From positions 28,614,424 through 28,678,423 of the forward strand of contig NC_092398.1 in NCBI RefSeq assembly GCF_030028105.1: 64,000 nucleotides of DNA. The letters are read 5' to 3'. The translations under genes were made by a program, and so were the position numbers. The notes under the pieces were generated by a model that was given only the letters and a program-made list of their open reading frames with translations, searched no databases and was not told the origin of the DNA. Each line of letters opens with the position of its first letter. Positions within the stretch are counted from its first letter, which is position 1. This stretch comes from Mobula birostris. Lineage: Eukaryota. Positions 12,504-24,790 of the stretch are shown piece by piece.

Positions 12504-12767
12504 AGACAGACACATTGGAAGTCACCATCTTCTTTGCAGATGACCCCAGCCTACCAGAGGGGGCAGCCGAGTTGAAGATTCAGGATAGAAGCATTGGTTA
12601 CTATGACACCACGTTACCGAGAGCTCAGTTTCACTTGGCTAACTTAGAACGCTTCCGTAAAGCTATTGATAGCCTGTTGGAAGAAGATAAGGACAACACA
12701 ATCGCATTGGCAAAGAGCCTGATGGATCAGGCAAAGTTGTTAACCAACGACTCTCTCCCCCCAAATG
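12504..12767 (+). CDS. WA: MHC W-category alpha chain, exon 2 (alpha1 membrane-distal domain)
   Basis: Acceptor tttatcctttcag, donor G|GTGAGT, 264 nt, phase 1-1. The open frame ETDTLEVTIFF...KIQDRSIGYYD...AKLLTNDSLPPN has a beta-strand then helix pattern and a C-terminal N-x-S sequon. Confidence 0.85.
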
Positions 12768-14368
12768 GTGAGTCAAGATAGGAATGTAAACAGCTCAGTG
12801 TACTGACTACCATCAGCCCAATAAAGCATCCTCAGTATGGATTTAGCTTACAGTACAGGCCCTTTGGCCCACCGTGTTGTGATGACCTTTCAAACTACAC
12901 CAAGATCAATCTAACCCTTTCCACCTACACAGTCCTCTAATTTCCTTTCATCTGTGTGCCTCTCTAAGAGTTTCTTAAATGCCCCTAATTTATTCACATC
13001 CACCACCACCTCTGGTAGGGTGTTCCAAGCGCCCACTAACTAGAGTTTTGTAGAGCTGCAACATTACCTCCCAGCTCTTGAACTCAAAACTCTCCATCTG
13101 ACATTACCTCTCCACCTGCCCCCACCCCCCGCCGTACTTTCTTCCAAACGCCTCAAAGTTATGCCGTGTTGTATTAGTCATTTCCACCCTGGGAAAGAGT
13201 CTTTGGCTGTCCACTCTGTCTATGCCTCTTATTATCTTGTACACCTCTATCAAGTCACTGCTCATCCTCCTCTTCTCTGAAGAGATAAGCCCTAGCCTAC
13301 TCAACCTATCCTCATACTGTAAGAGATGTTTTCTAATCCAGACACCATCCTGTAAACCTCCTCTGCACCCTCTCTAAAGCTCTGCATCCTTGCTATAATG
13401 AAGTGACTAGAATTGAACACAAACAAGTGTGGTCTAAACATTACCTCGCGGCTCTTGAACTCAAACCCTCAACTGACAATGGCCGACACATCGCAACCCC
13501 TTCTTAACAATCATTTCACTGGAAATACTTTAGCTGGAAATTTCAGTTAAGAGTGTGTGCACAAATGGCTGGCACTGTGGTACACTGGCATAACTAATCC
13601 TTTCTCGTGTCAGGATACCACTGGCAGTTAGTTTCTCTCCCAGGGCTCCATCAGGTGACTGATGTGAATGTTGATTGTCAAAGTGGGTCCAATGGCAGAT
13701 CATCCACCTGCCTGCAACAAAATGTTTCTGGCTGCCTTATTTCTCTGCAGTAATACTGAAATTCAAAAGTAATTTTATATCATTGGCATTGCTAACAGGA
13801 ATTACATGGACTTGGTTCACTATCTTCCCAGTATGGTTGTGCTGCCGGCAGTGAGTTGGCAATCTCGGAGAACAGTGGATCATTTACTCTCCTTGCTGCT
13901 GCTGTCAGGAAGAGATATAGGAGCCACCATATTCAGGAATAGTTGTTGCCCATCAACCATCAGGCTCTTGAATCACTGGTAATAATTTCACTTGCCCCAT
14001 CACTGAAATGTTCCCACACCTATGGACTCGCTTTCCAGGACTCTTCATCCCATGTTCTCAATATTTATTGATTATTATTTCTTGTTTTTTTTTCCTTCTG
14101 TATTTGCACAGTTTGCTGTGTTTTACAGACAGGTTGTTTGTCCACCCTGTTGGGTGTGGTCTTCCATTGATTCATTTATGGTTATTGGATTTACCAAGCA
14201 TGCCCACGAGAAACCAAATCTCAGGGCTGTATATAGTGAAATATATGTGCTTTGATAATAAACTTACTTTGAACTGTAGAACTTTGCATCCAGGACTGAT
14301 ACGAATTAATAGATAATAATCATCATCTAGTACAACTGACAAAAGAAATCTTTAATTTGTCCTTTTAG

Positions 14369-14650
14369 AAATCGGTGAGCTCTATCTGTACTTAGAGAAA
14401 CCAGCTGTCTTCGGGAAGGTAAACACTTTGACCTGTTTCGTCAGCGGCATTTTCCCACCGGCCATAAATGTAACGTTACAGAAGAACGCGCAGCCTGTCA
14501 ATGGCGAAGTTAACTCCTCACACCTCTCATTTGGCAAAGATTGGCGATTTCAAGTGCTCCACTACACATACATCCAGCCAGCGGAAGGTGACATATACTC
14601 CTGTAGAGTGCTCCATAAAATCAGCAAAGAGGAAAAAGTAATTTACTGGG
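14369..14650 (+). CDS. WA: MHC W-category alpha chain, exon 3 (alpha2 Ig C1-set domain with beta2m-like motifs)
   Basis: Acceptor ttgtccttttag, donor G|GTAAGA, 282 nt, phase 1-1. NTLTCFVSGIFPP and GDIYSCRVLH are C1-set motifs; LSFGKDWRF aligns to beta2m LSFSKDWSF. Confidence 0.93.
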
Positions 14651-14772
14651 GTAAGAGAATGTTATGGTTGTTATTCTATAGATTTATTGAGTATGTCCAC
14701 AGGAAAACGATAGGTACTTTGATGCTAAAGTTACTTTCTGAACTTTGAAAATACTCTGGGGTAAGTGATACA

Positions 14773-15060
14773 GGGCAGCAGAGTAGCATGGCAGTTAGTG
14801 CCGTGGTTTACAACACCAACTGTAAGATCAAGGTTTGATTCCTACTGCGGACTGTGAGGAGTTTCTATGTTCTCTCCGTGACCGCATAGGTTTTGTCCAG
14901 GCACACTGCTTTCCTCCCATGTTTCAAAGATTATGGGTTAAGGTTAATGAGTTCTGGGTTGCTATGTTGGCACCAGAAGTGTGGCAGCATTTGCGAGCTG
15001 CCCTCAGCACAATCCTCACTGTTATGATTGGATGCATTTCTCTGTATGTTTTGATCTTTC
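14773..15060 (+). mobile_element. tRNA-derived V-SINE-like element (similar copies on - at ~15440-15690, ~39200-39410, ~42280-42390)
   Basis: Degenerate A/B-box head followed by the central ggagttt..tgttctc.ccgtg...tttcctcccat block typical of V-SINEs. Confidence 0.6.
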
Positions 15061-16254
15061 AACGTACACATGGCAAATAAAGCTTATCTCTGAAATCCAG
15101 CTCATTGCCTGCAGTGCTGACCGACAGTATTTTCCAGTGGAAGTGTTGAGATCAGGAGCTCAGCAAATACAAGGACAAGCTTCCCTTAGCACATTTCAGC
15201 TAGCGTTGTACCACTCCAACCCAATCTGGAGCCGAGCCATGGATTCACTAATGAGGGGTAGTGCTGAAGCACTCCAACTGGATGAGATTGCTTTTAACCC
15301 TCGTGTTGCTCTGTTAGGTCAGTGAGAGGAAAACCAGCTCATGTTCCTGTTTACACTCAGTATCCAGCAATTCCCAGTGGAACGTGAGGATGCAATGTGA
15401 CTATTTCGGTTTTCTGTTGATCAACCCTGCTGCCAATATTGATACAGCACAGAATAGACCCTTCCAGCTGCACCACCCAGCAACTCCCAAATTTAACACT
15501 AGCCTAATCACAGGACAATTTATAATGACCAATTAACCCATCAACTGGTACACCATTGAACTGTGGGAGGAAACCGGAGCACTTGGTGGAAACCCATTTG
15601 GTCATAAGGAGAACATACAAACGACTTGCATACAGCTGCAGGAATTGAACCCAGTCACTGGTACTGTATGGTGCTAACCTCTGCACTACAGTGTTTTCGT
15701 TTATTGATAGCCATTTAGTCATTTAGTCATGGAAAAGTACAGCACAGAAGTAGGACATTTGCCCCACCTAGTCCATGCCAAACAATTTAAACTGCCTACT
15801 TCCCTCGACCATAGCCCTCCAAACCCCTACATCCATATACCTATCCAAACTTCTCTTAAACGTTGAAATCAAGCCTGCATGCACCACATCTGCTGACAGC
15901 TCGTTCCACACTCTCACAATCATCTGAGCGAAGTAGTTTCCCCTCATCTTCCCCTTAAACTTTTCACCTTTCACCCTTCACCCATGACCTCTAGTTGCAG
16001 CACCACTCAACCTCGGTAGAAAAAGCCTATCTATACTCCTCATAATTTTGTATCTAAAATCAGTCTAGGGCTGATCCTAGGAAAACTTTGGACACCTGGA
16101 ACCTTTGGAACACCTGCTTCGCTATTGGAAAGTATATTCAGCTGAGAAAAGGAAACGGGGAAGAGGACAATTTAGTTTTGCCAGCTCATCTTTGTTCAAA
16201 CTGATTTAAAAACTAGTTCCTCGTTCAAAATGTGAGTATGTGCTTTGTTCACAG

Positions 16255-16427
16255 AACCAGAAGAGCAAAGTAGTGCTGAAGAAATGGATACAAGCCAGAT
16301 TGCTGTTTTGATCTGTGGGCTGATTATAGGAATACTTGGCACAGCAGCTGGACTCTTCTTATGTTTTCAGTTGCGACTGTCTGGCTGCGACTCTTGGATA
16401 GTCCGGATCAATCCCTCTTCTCAATAA
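16255..16427 (+). CDS. WA: MHC W-category alpha chain, exon 4 (connecting peptide, TM, cytoplasmic tail, stop)
   Basis: Acceptor tgctttgttcacag. The TM ICGLIIGILGTAAGLFL carries the class II-alpha C..GxxxGxxGxxxG pattern. Stop TAA at 16425-16427. The four exons sum to 795 nt, i.e. 264 aa plus stop. Confidence 0.9.
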
Positions 16428-17812
16428 GAAATGAGTCTGCAATGTTTCACAGTCATCTGTACCTTGCTCTGTCACAATTAGGTGCACTCGGATTTGTAAA
16501 TATCATTCTCTTCCGTCTTAAGCTGTTGATTTTAAATACCATGTTCCGATTCTGAAATTCTGTATTTCATCTGTCAGTTGTCCATTTACATGCTTAATAC
16601 TACAGCAATCTCCTTCAGATAGATAAGGTCACAGGCAGGTCGGGTCATAAAACAAATGGCATATTCGCTTTCATAAATTAAAGTATTCAGTACAGGAGTT
16701 GCGATGTTATGTTGAAGTTGTACAATACACTGGTGAAGCCTAATTTGGGAGCATTGTGTTCAGTTCTGGTCACCTACCTACAGAAAAGATTTCAATAAGA
16801 TTGAAAGAATGCAAAGAGAATTTACAAGGACGTTGCTGGAAGTTGCAGGCCTGAATTAGAGGAAAGGTTGAGTAGGTTAACACTGTATTCCCTGGAGCAC
16901 AGGAAACCAAAGGAGTTTTGATAGAGCTGTACAAAGATATGAGGGGTGTAGATAAGGTAATTGCAAGCGGGCCTTTTCCACTGAGGTTGGGTAAGGCTAG
17001 AACTAGAGTTCATGGCTTAAGGGTGGAAGTGAAATGTTAGGGGAATTAATTTGCTAAGGAATTTCAATTCAAGTTGGTTCACAAATACATTGGACACGGA
17101 CTTCAAAGTGACTAGAGAATATCTTTATTCATGAATAAGGAAGAATGATTTGCTAACAGTGAGATCGCCAAGTTTTCCAAAGAAAAATAGTCATAGCCTT
17201 TTTTATACTTACACACAGAAAGTCAATTACATCAAAGTTAAAGAAAGTTCAATCCTGCTGAAGGGTCTGGGCCCAAAACATCGACTGTCCCTTTTTCTAT
17301 AGATGCTGCTTGGCCTGCTGAGTTCCTCCAGCATTTTGTGGATTATTGCAAGCGTGATGAGAGCCGGGTGGCCCCACCAACACCTTCCCCACTCCCACAG
17401 AGGGGTCACCCTGGAATCATTGTCTACAGCCATAGTCTCTTCACCGATGGAAGGGACGACAACTACAACTAAATGCAATAAGGCTTGTTACAGGGCAAAA
17501 ATGAAATTCGCTGTTACCTTATTTGTTTGCCTTTACTTCTGCCATGTCTTTCTGTATTATTTTGCTGTATTTAACATGTGCAATAAAATGAGTTACTGGG
17601 CAAAAGTGATTTTATTTTTACATGAGTAAAAGTGAAACTTACAATTTTCCTTTTTTGGCCTTAACATTTTCATGTCTATGACAGGTGGCGTTGTGGATAA
17701 TGAAGTAGGCTTTCAAAACTTGCAGAGAGATTTAGGCCAATTAGAAGAGTGGGCTGAAAGATGGCAAATGGAGTTTAATGCTGATAAGTGTGAGGTCATA
17801 CATTTTGGTAGG

Positions 17813-18699
17813 TGTTACATAACTGGCAACAATGAATATCAATCGAGACAGGTTATATAAAAACAACCAAACATTTATTAAACATGGTTAAACGATAAAC
17901 AAAAAAAAACAAACGAAAACCTTAACCGGAAGTTAACCATTATGCAGCCGTTCAACAACTCGTCACTCGGCACTGGCTCTTAAAGTGTTAAATGCAAAAA
18001 CAGTTTTTAAAGCAATAAAGTCAGATATAGTTCTTAAAATGGTAACTTTGAAAGTCCAACAGATTTATACGTTCAATTGGGAGAGATTTCTCTGGAGAAG
18101 GATTTCTTCATAGACGCGACTTTCCTGCTGGTTCTGTCCACAGGATTCACGATGCAGTAAATAAACAGTTTAAAACAACTGACCTTAAATTCTTTTGGAG
18201 AGAGCAAACCTTTGCATGAACTCTTTTGTCTTTTGGCAAGAGTTATCTTTAATGGATTTCGCTACTCCTCCAACAAAGACCCAATAAGGTCGATCCTTTG
18301 TTAAACTGCCGAACGATGCTGACTCCTCTCAATCCTTCGGTCCTGTACTTTGATAAAGTCTTCAGTCTCCCTTCTACTGCTAGAATAAGGTAAATCAGCA
18401 CATCTAGCAAAAATTTCCAGTCCAGAAATATTGTACCTTGCAACAGAATGCAACACTCCGTTTTAAAAATGAAACTGCGTCACAAAAACAAATACGCAAC
18501 AGAAACGGAGACACAGCATGTTCTACCTGGAAATCTACAAACTAAAAACTAACTGCGTCATCTGGGGTTTTCCCTTATATACTCAAGGTGCACGTCATCA
18601 CGTGACCTCACATCGGCGGGAAAATCACATCAGGTGACCTCCAAAAAACCATTAGATCATTCTCACACAAAAAAACAGATCTCCTTGAGGCATGTAACA
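17813..18699 (-). repeat. 3' LTR (887 bp) of the Gypsy element
   Basis: Bounded by the perfect inverted 7-mer TGTTACA...TGTAACA. Its left end matches the remnant at 23544-23591. It is adjacent to the PPT and has a TATATAA on - at 18575-18581. Confidence 0.85.
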
Positions 18700-19017
18700 C
18701 CTCCCTCCACAAAAAATTGGTCTCTTAAAGAACAAAATTTTAACAATTTATACAAAAAAAATACAAAGGTATAAAATTTACAAAGTACACAATATATACA
18801 GTCTTATCTTTCAGCCCTTTACACTAATGTACAGTAGGAGTGTTACAAATGTTAAAATATCACTCCATAAAAAAAATATTTTCATTGTACATTTAACATC
18901 TGGACAGACAATCAGTGATCACATTATCTTTACCCTTAATATGAGTGATCAAAATAATGTATTCCTGTAACATTAGACTCCAATTTAATAATCTTCTATT
19001 TTTGCTTTTCATCTTAC

Positions 19018-22000
19018 TCAAAACACTAATGGTTTATGATCGGTATAAACTGTGAGTGGTTTATGAGTAGAACCAACATATACTTCAAAATGTTGTAAAG
19101 CCAAAACAAGAGATAACAATTCTTTTTCTATTGTTGAATAATTTCTTTGGTGAGCATTAAATTTCTTAGAAAAATAAGCTACCGGACGATCAACTTCATC
19201 ACCATCATCTTTTTGAAGTAACACTGCTCCTGCAGCTTCATCACTAGCATCTACAGCTAACAAAAATGGTTTTTCAAAGTCAGGAGATTTAAGTACAGGT
19301 TGACTACATATTATAGCTTTCAATTTATCAAATGCCTCCTGACAAGGCTCTGTCCAAACAAACTTCATTTTTCTTCAAGAGATTAGTTAATGGAAGAGCA
19401 ACGTTTGCAAAATCCTTACAAAATTTTCCGTAATATCCTACCATACCCAAGAATCTTCTGAGAGTTTTTCTACCAGTTGGAGTGGGTACTTCTAAAGTTG
19501 CCTGAACTTTTGCTTGAACAGGAGCTAATTTTCCTTGACCCACAACATAACCAAGGTAAGTCACTGTGGCATGACCAAATTCACTCTTAGCTAAGTTAAT
19601 AGTTAAGTTAGCTTTTGAAAATCTCTCAAATAATTTCTCCACCTCAGTAATATGTGCTTTCCAAGTATTATTTCCAGGAACTAAATAATCAATATAAGCA
19701 TCTGTATCTTTTAATCCCTGAATCACGCTATTAATCATCCTCTGAAAAGTACCTGGTACATTCTTCATCCCAAATGGAAGAACATTATATTCATATAACC
19801 CAGATGGGGTTACAAATGCTGAAATCTCTCTACCTCTATCCGTCAATGGAACACACCAATAACTTTTTAACAAATCAATTTTTGTAAGGAATTTGGTCTG
19901 TCCAACTTTATCTACACAATCATCTACCCTGTGGATTGGATATGCATCAGTTTTTGTCACAGCATTCACCTTTCTGTAATCCGTACAAAACCTAATACTA
20001 TGGTCAGGCTTAGGCACCATAACACACGGTGAACTCCAATTCGAATTAGAATGTCTAATAATATCATTCTCTAACATATACTTAATTTCTTGTTCAGCAA
20101 GTTCACATTTTTCCCTGTTCATTTGATATGGATGTTGTTTTATGGGTTTTGCATCTTCAACATCTACATCATGCGTAGCTACGGTGGTTCTTCTAGGGAC
20201 GTCTGGAAACAAATTTCTATATTTAAAAAATAACTGTTTCATCTGCTCTGGCTGTAAATGAGCTAATTTTTCATCAATACTTTCCAGAATTTTTGAATTT
20301 GGTAACCTGGCTGAAATAATGTTGGGTTTAAAATGAGTTTCAGATGAATCCCCCATTAAGTTTTTATCAAGATCAGACTCATTATTGATCACAACAGTCA
20401 TAGTAGCAACTTATCTCTGATAATACGGTTTTATCATATTTATATGACGCAGCTGTGTTGTCTTTCTCTGATCTGGGGTTTTTACCACATAATCTACATT
20501 ATTTACCTTAGATTTAATCTCATAAGGACCATGAAATTTGGCTTGTAATAGGTTCGTTTGTACTGGGAGAACCAAAACCTTATCTCCAGGCTTAAATGAT
20601 CTCATCTTAGCTTCCTTATCATACCAAGTCTTCATCTTCTCTTGAGCTAATTTAAAATTTTACTTGGCCAAGCTACAAACTTTATACAATCTTTCTTAAA
20701 ATTTCAAAACATAATCTAGCAAATTAGTGTGTACTTCTTTATTAATCCACTGTTCCTTCAACAAGGCCAAAGGTCCTCGAACTCTATGCCCAAACACAAG
20801 TTCAAAAGGACTAAAACCTAATGATTCCTGCAAAAAGTAGTAAATGTATACCTTCATCCCAGTCCTTTTCATTTTCCACACGATATGTCCTAATCATAGT
20901 TTTTAGTGTAGAATGAAATCTCTCCAAGGCTTCTTGTGATTTGGGATGATAGGCTGAGGAAATAATCTGTTTTGCTCCCAGTTTACAAACTATCGGCTGA
21001 AACAACCCGGGCATAAAATTACTACCTTGATCTGATTGTATTTCCTTAGGCAACCCAAAATCAGTAAAGAATTTTATAAGAGCCTTTGTCACAGTTTTGG
21101 CTGTTATATTCCTAAGAGGTACTGCCTCTGGAAACCAAGATGCTGTGCACATAATAGTTAATAAATATTGATGTCCAGTTTTAGTTTTTGGCAAAGGATC
21201 TACACAGTCTACAATGATTTTTGAGAATGGCTCACCCAATACTGGAATAGGTTGCAGTGGGGCCACTGGAGTAACCTGATTAGGTTTACCCACAATTTGA
21301 CACATATGACACGTTCTACAAAATGTCGCCACATCTTGTCTTAAACTAGGCCAATAAAAATGTTTAGAAACTTTGTTCATAGTTTTCTTCACACCTAAAT
21401 GACCACCCACTATGAGCTATAGTTAAAATCTCATTTCGGTAAATTTTAGGAATTATTACGTGATGATTAACTTCCCATTCCTCACTAGCAGGAATTGTAG
21501 GCAATCTCCACTTTCTCATTAATACCCCCTTTTCAAAATAATATCCTCCTGGTACTTTTCCAATTTCACTATCTGGAAGAGCTTGTTCTTTTAATTTAAC
21601 TATCTCAGGATCTCTATCCTGCTCTGCTATCATCTCCTTCCGAGATAAAGACAAATCTTCCTGGTCAGACTTACCACCAAAATCCTGATCAAATGATGTA
21701 GGTAAGAAAGTTTCTGATACATCCACAAAATTCGAATCTTGATTTGAGCTGTCATGGGTAACAACCTCATCCTTTACATCAGTCTTTTTAGCTATAGCTC
21801 TTGTCACGACACAGGAAGAATCTGTGTTAGAATCCCTCTGTGGTTCCTCAGAATTTAAATTTATTGTCAAATGCATTTCAGGAAAAACTTGTCCATCTGC
21901 TAAATCATTCCCTAACAAAAAAGAAACATCATTCACAGGTAAACTGGATTGTAGTCCTACTTTGACAACCCTGTAACTAATCCCGATCTTAAATTTACTC

Positions 22001-22304
22001 TATGTAAATATACTGGCATAAGGGCACTCCCTACTCCTCTTATATAATTTACCTCATCAGGGTCAGACTCATCACTAAACCTTAGCACACTGTCTAATAT
22101 TAGTGATTGAGGTGATTGAGAAGCTCCAGTATCTCTAAGTATTCTTATTGGTACTGAATTGGATCCTTCGATCAAGGATACAAATCCTTCTGTTATAAAA
22201 GTTTCATATCCCTTCTTAACTTGGTCAGACTCTGACACATCTTCATTAGTATTTTCTGAACCCTGTGGCTTCACAGGTTTTTCCAATATGCTGCACACAA
22301 ACAT
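19018..22304 (-). pseudogene. Frameshifted pol (PR-INT-RT-RNase H) of the Gmr1-like element
   Basis: ORF fragments 21957-22304 (PR), 20811-21410 (INT), 20411-20635 (INT C-terminus), 19328-20401 (RT), 19018-19368 (RH). Confidence 0.9.
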
Positions 22305-22584
22305 CTGGGACCACTTCTTTCTCTTTCCTTTTCAATCGGAAGCAATTAGCTACTACATGTCCAGGTTTCTTAAAATAATTACATATAATACCAAAATGTC
22401 TTTCCTTCACATGGCTCTCTTCATCCTTACTTTTCTCACTAACTTCAGGTTTAATTTCTGGTTTACCTTGACTCTCTATTTTCCCTTTTAAAAATTATAC
22501 CTGGAGAAAATTTATTCTTGTGAATTAAAACATACTCATCAGCTAATTTAGCGATCTCCTGCAATGTAGCAGTGTCCCATTCAT

Positions 22585-23415
22585 TTAAATATGTCTCACT
22601 TCAACAGGAATGCTTCTTTTAAATTCCTTCTGCAAAATCAGCTCTTTTGATTTATTATACTCCCCATTCACATTTTTAGAGGAAACCCATCTCTCAAAAC
22701 ACACAGATTTCTCATAAGCAAATTCCACATAAGTTTTTTCCACCAATTTCTTCAAACTCCTGAATCTTTCTCGATACGCCTTTGGAACCATCTCATATGT
22801 CTTTAATATATGCTGCTTAACAATATCATAATCCAGTGCTTGCTCAGCATCTAAAGCCGTATAAACTTGTTGTGCCTTGCCTTTAGTTACACTTTGTAAC
22901 ATCACTGGCCATTGGTCTCTCGGCCACTTTAAACCCAGAGCAACAATTTCGAAATGCTGGAAATATTTGTCCACTTCAGCTTCATTAAATGGAGGAGCCA
23001 AAACAACCTCACGACTAGCAATAAACTGTTTCGTAGAACCAGAAGACTGACTCCCGAACTTTAATTTCTGCATCTCTAGCTCAAATTTCCTGTGGTTTTC
23101 AGCCTCTCTTTCTTCGAATTTCCTTATTTTATTAGCCTCTCTTTTGGCCATTTCCGCTTTGAATTTTTCAAACTTTAAGTGTTCAAGATGTAACTGCATT
23201 TCCAGATTACTTGCTGGAAACTTATCTAACACCTCCTGATCAAATAATTTCAAAGTAATATAATGCTCAGCAATTATTCTTTGTATGAAAGCCTTGGTGG
23301 AATTTTTCGTAATTCCTTTAATATCCAACTTCCTAGCAATCTCCAATACCTCAGGTTTTCTCGCATTCTCTAAAGACCCCGAGTTAGGCGTGTCCAAAAA
23401 CCCATCAATACCCAT
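22585..23415 (-). pseudogene. gag of the Gmr1-like element with SCAN-like capsid C-terminal region
   Basis: 276-aa ORF with YFQHFEIVA..KWP and PKAYRERFR..FERW..ELILQKEFKRSIP, resembling SCAN-related retrotransposon capsid. Confidence 0.75.
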
Positions 23416-23518
23416 TGTTGCTGAATACTACTCACACCAATCAAACCAAAAAAAATCAGATATTTCCCTTTTCCAAATCAAAATGACAATTACCAGCACT
23501 TAAACTCAAATCTGGAAC

Positions 23519-23536
23519 ATCCCGGACGAGCCCCCA
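23519..23536 (-). other. Primer-binding site complementary to tRNA-Pro 3' end
   Basis: The minus strand reads TGGGGGCTCGTCCGGGAT, the 18-nt tRNA-Pro PBS, 7 nt inside the 5' LTR remnant. Confidence 0.92.
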
Positions 23537-24790
23537 CAGATTATTTTATGTAACCGGCAACAATGAATATCAATCAAGACAGGTTATATAAGGCCAAATT
23601 TGGAGTTTGTGTACAGTTCTGGTCCCCGAATTATAGGAAAGATGTCAACAAAATAGAGAGAGTACAGAGAAGATTTACTGGAATGTTACCTGGGTTTCAG
23701 CACCTAAGTTACAGAGAAAGGTTGAGCAAGTTGGGTCTTTATTCTTTGGAGCGTAGAAGGTTGAGGGGGGCTTGATAGAGGTATTTAAAATTATGAGAGG
23801 GATAGATAGAGTTAATGTGGATAGGCTTTTTCCATTGAGAGTAGGGGAGATTCAAACAAGAGGACATGAGTTGAGAGTTGGGGGGCAAAAGTTTAGGGAT
23901 AACACGAGGGGGAACTCTTTACTCAGAGAGTGGTAGCTGTGTGGAATGAACTTCCAGTAGAAGTGGTAGACGCAGGCTCGATATTGTCATTTAAAATAAA
24001 ATTGGATAGCTATATGGACAAGAACGGAGTGGAGGGTTATGGGCTGAGTGCAGATCAGTGGGACTAGGTGAGAGTAAGCATCCGGCACAGACCAGAAGGG
24101 CCAAGATGGCCTGTTTCCGTGCTATAATTGTTATATGGTTATATGTCTATCCCAAACATAAGCTACTACTTAAAAATGACATTTTGGAAGTAGTGACAAT
24201 TGCATCTATTGAATGTTTGCACAAGCAGTACATTAATAAAGCACCTTGTTAAAAATGGGTTAAATTCACAGGGTCCTCCCTACAATTTATGAGCTTCACT
24301 GTCTTGTTTACACAGCTGTGTTATGCACTATGGCCAGCACTAGGCATATTGCTAATTAAAGGAAGGTGCAGGGTTTTAACTCAGATAACCCTTTATTCAA
24401 AATTTTCTTCCACACTCTCCAACCTATGTTTGCCCTTTTGCTCTGCTGTGCAAACCACTTCCTTACCACCAATTCCTCTTTTCACTTCTCTTGAGCATTT
24501 CTTTATATACCATTACTGTTGTTGTAAATTAAGCCTAATCATTAAATCAGTGGATTCGCTGTAAATCTGCATTGTTTGTGGAGAATAAAATGTTTGCACA
24601 CCATCTGCAGTTCCTCTCTTTTGCAGCTAATGCCTCTCTGTAAAACACCACTTCTGTTCTCGGAGCAGCTGGTAATAATTACCCTCTTCCTCAGTAGCTT
24701 TTAGGTGAGTCAAATAGCACGTTCTCTTGCACTTCAGACAAATGTGACTCCTTCTGAGTTTTTAGTGCTTGACTCTTGCCAAATGATCAT

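Larger units (their letters stand above)
17813..23591 (-). mobile_element. Gmr1-like Ty3/Gypsy LTR retrotransposon (gag-PR-INT-RT-RH), degenerate, 5' LTR mostly deleted
   Basis: On the minus strand in order: gag, protease (RDTGASQS), integrase (GHLG..CRTC, VDC..SDQGSNF), RT (YPIHRVDD, KIDL, YIDY) and RNase H (LAVDAS). Also a tRNA-Pro PBS, a PPT at 18700-18710, one full LTR and a 48-bp remnant of the other (23544-23591). Confidence 0.92.
17680..24145 (+). mobile_element. CR1 LINE 3' part, split by the Gypsy insertion (pieces 17680-17812 and 23592-24145)
   Basis: CR1 RT sequence (WAERWQMEFNADKCEVIHFG) stops at 17812 and resumes as aggccaaatttggag...(VQFWSPNYRKD..ERVQRRFT) at 23592. Confidence 0.8.

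Noticed and set aside
7013-16427. Calling the alpha gene B2M or classical class II alpha/DM alpha
   Set aside because: beta2m has no alpha1 or TM exon, and classical class II alpha lacks the LSFxKDW motif and keeps the C-strand Trp.
23519-23536. tRNA-Pro gene fragment
   Set aside because: Only the 18-nt 3' end is matched, at the LTR boundary; it is a primer-binding site.
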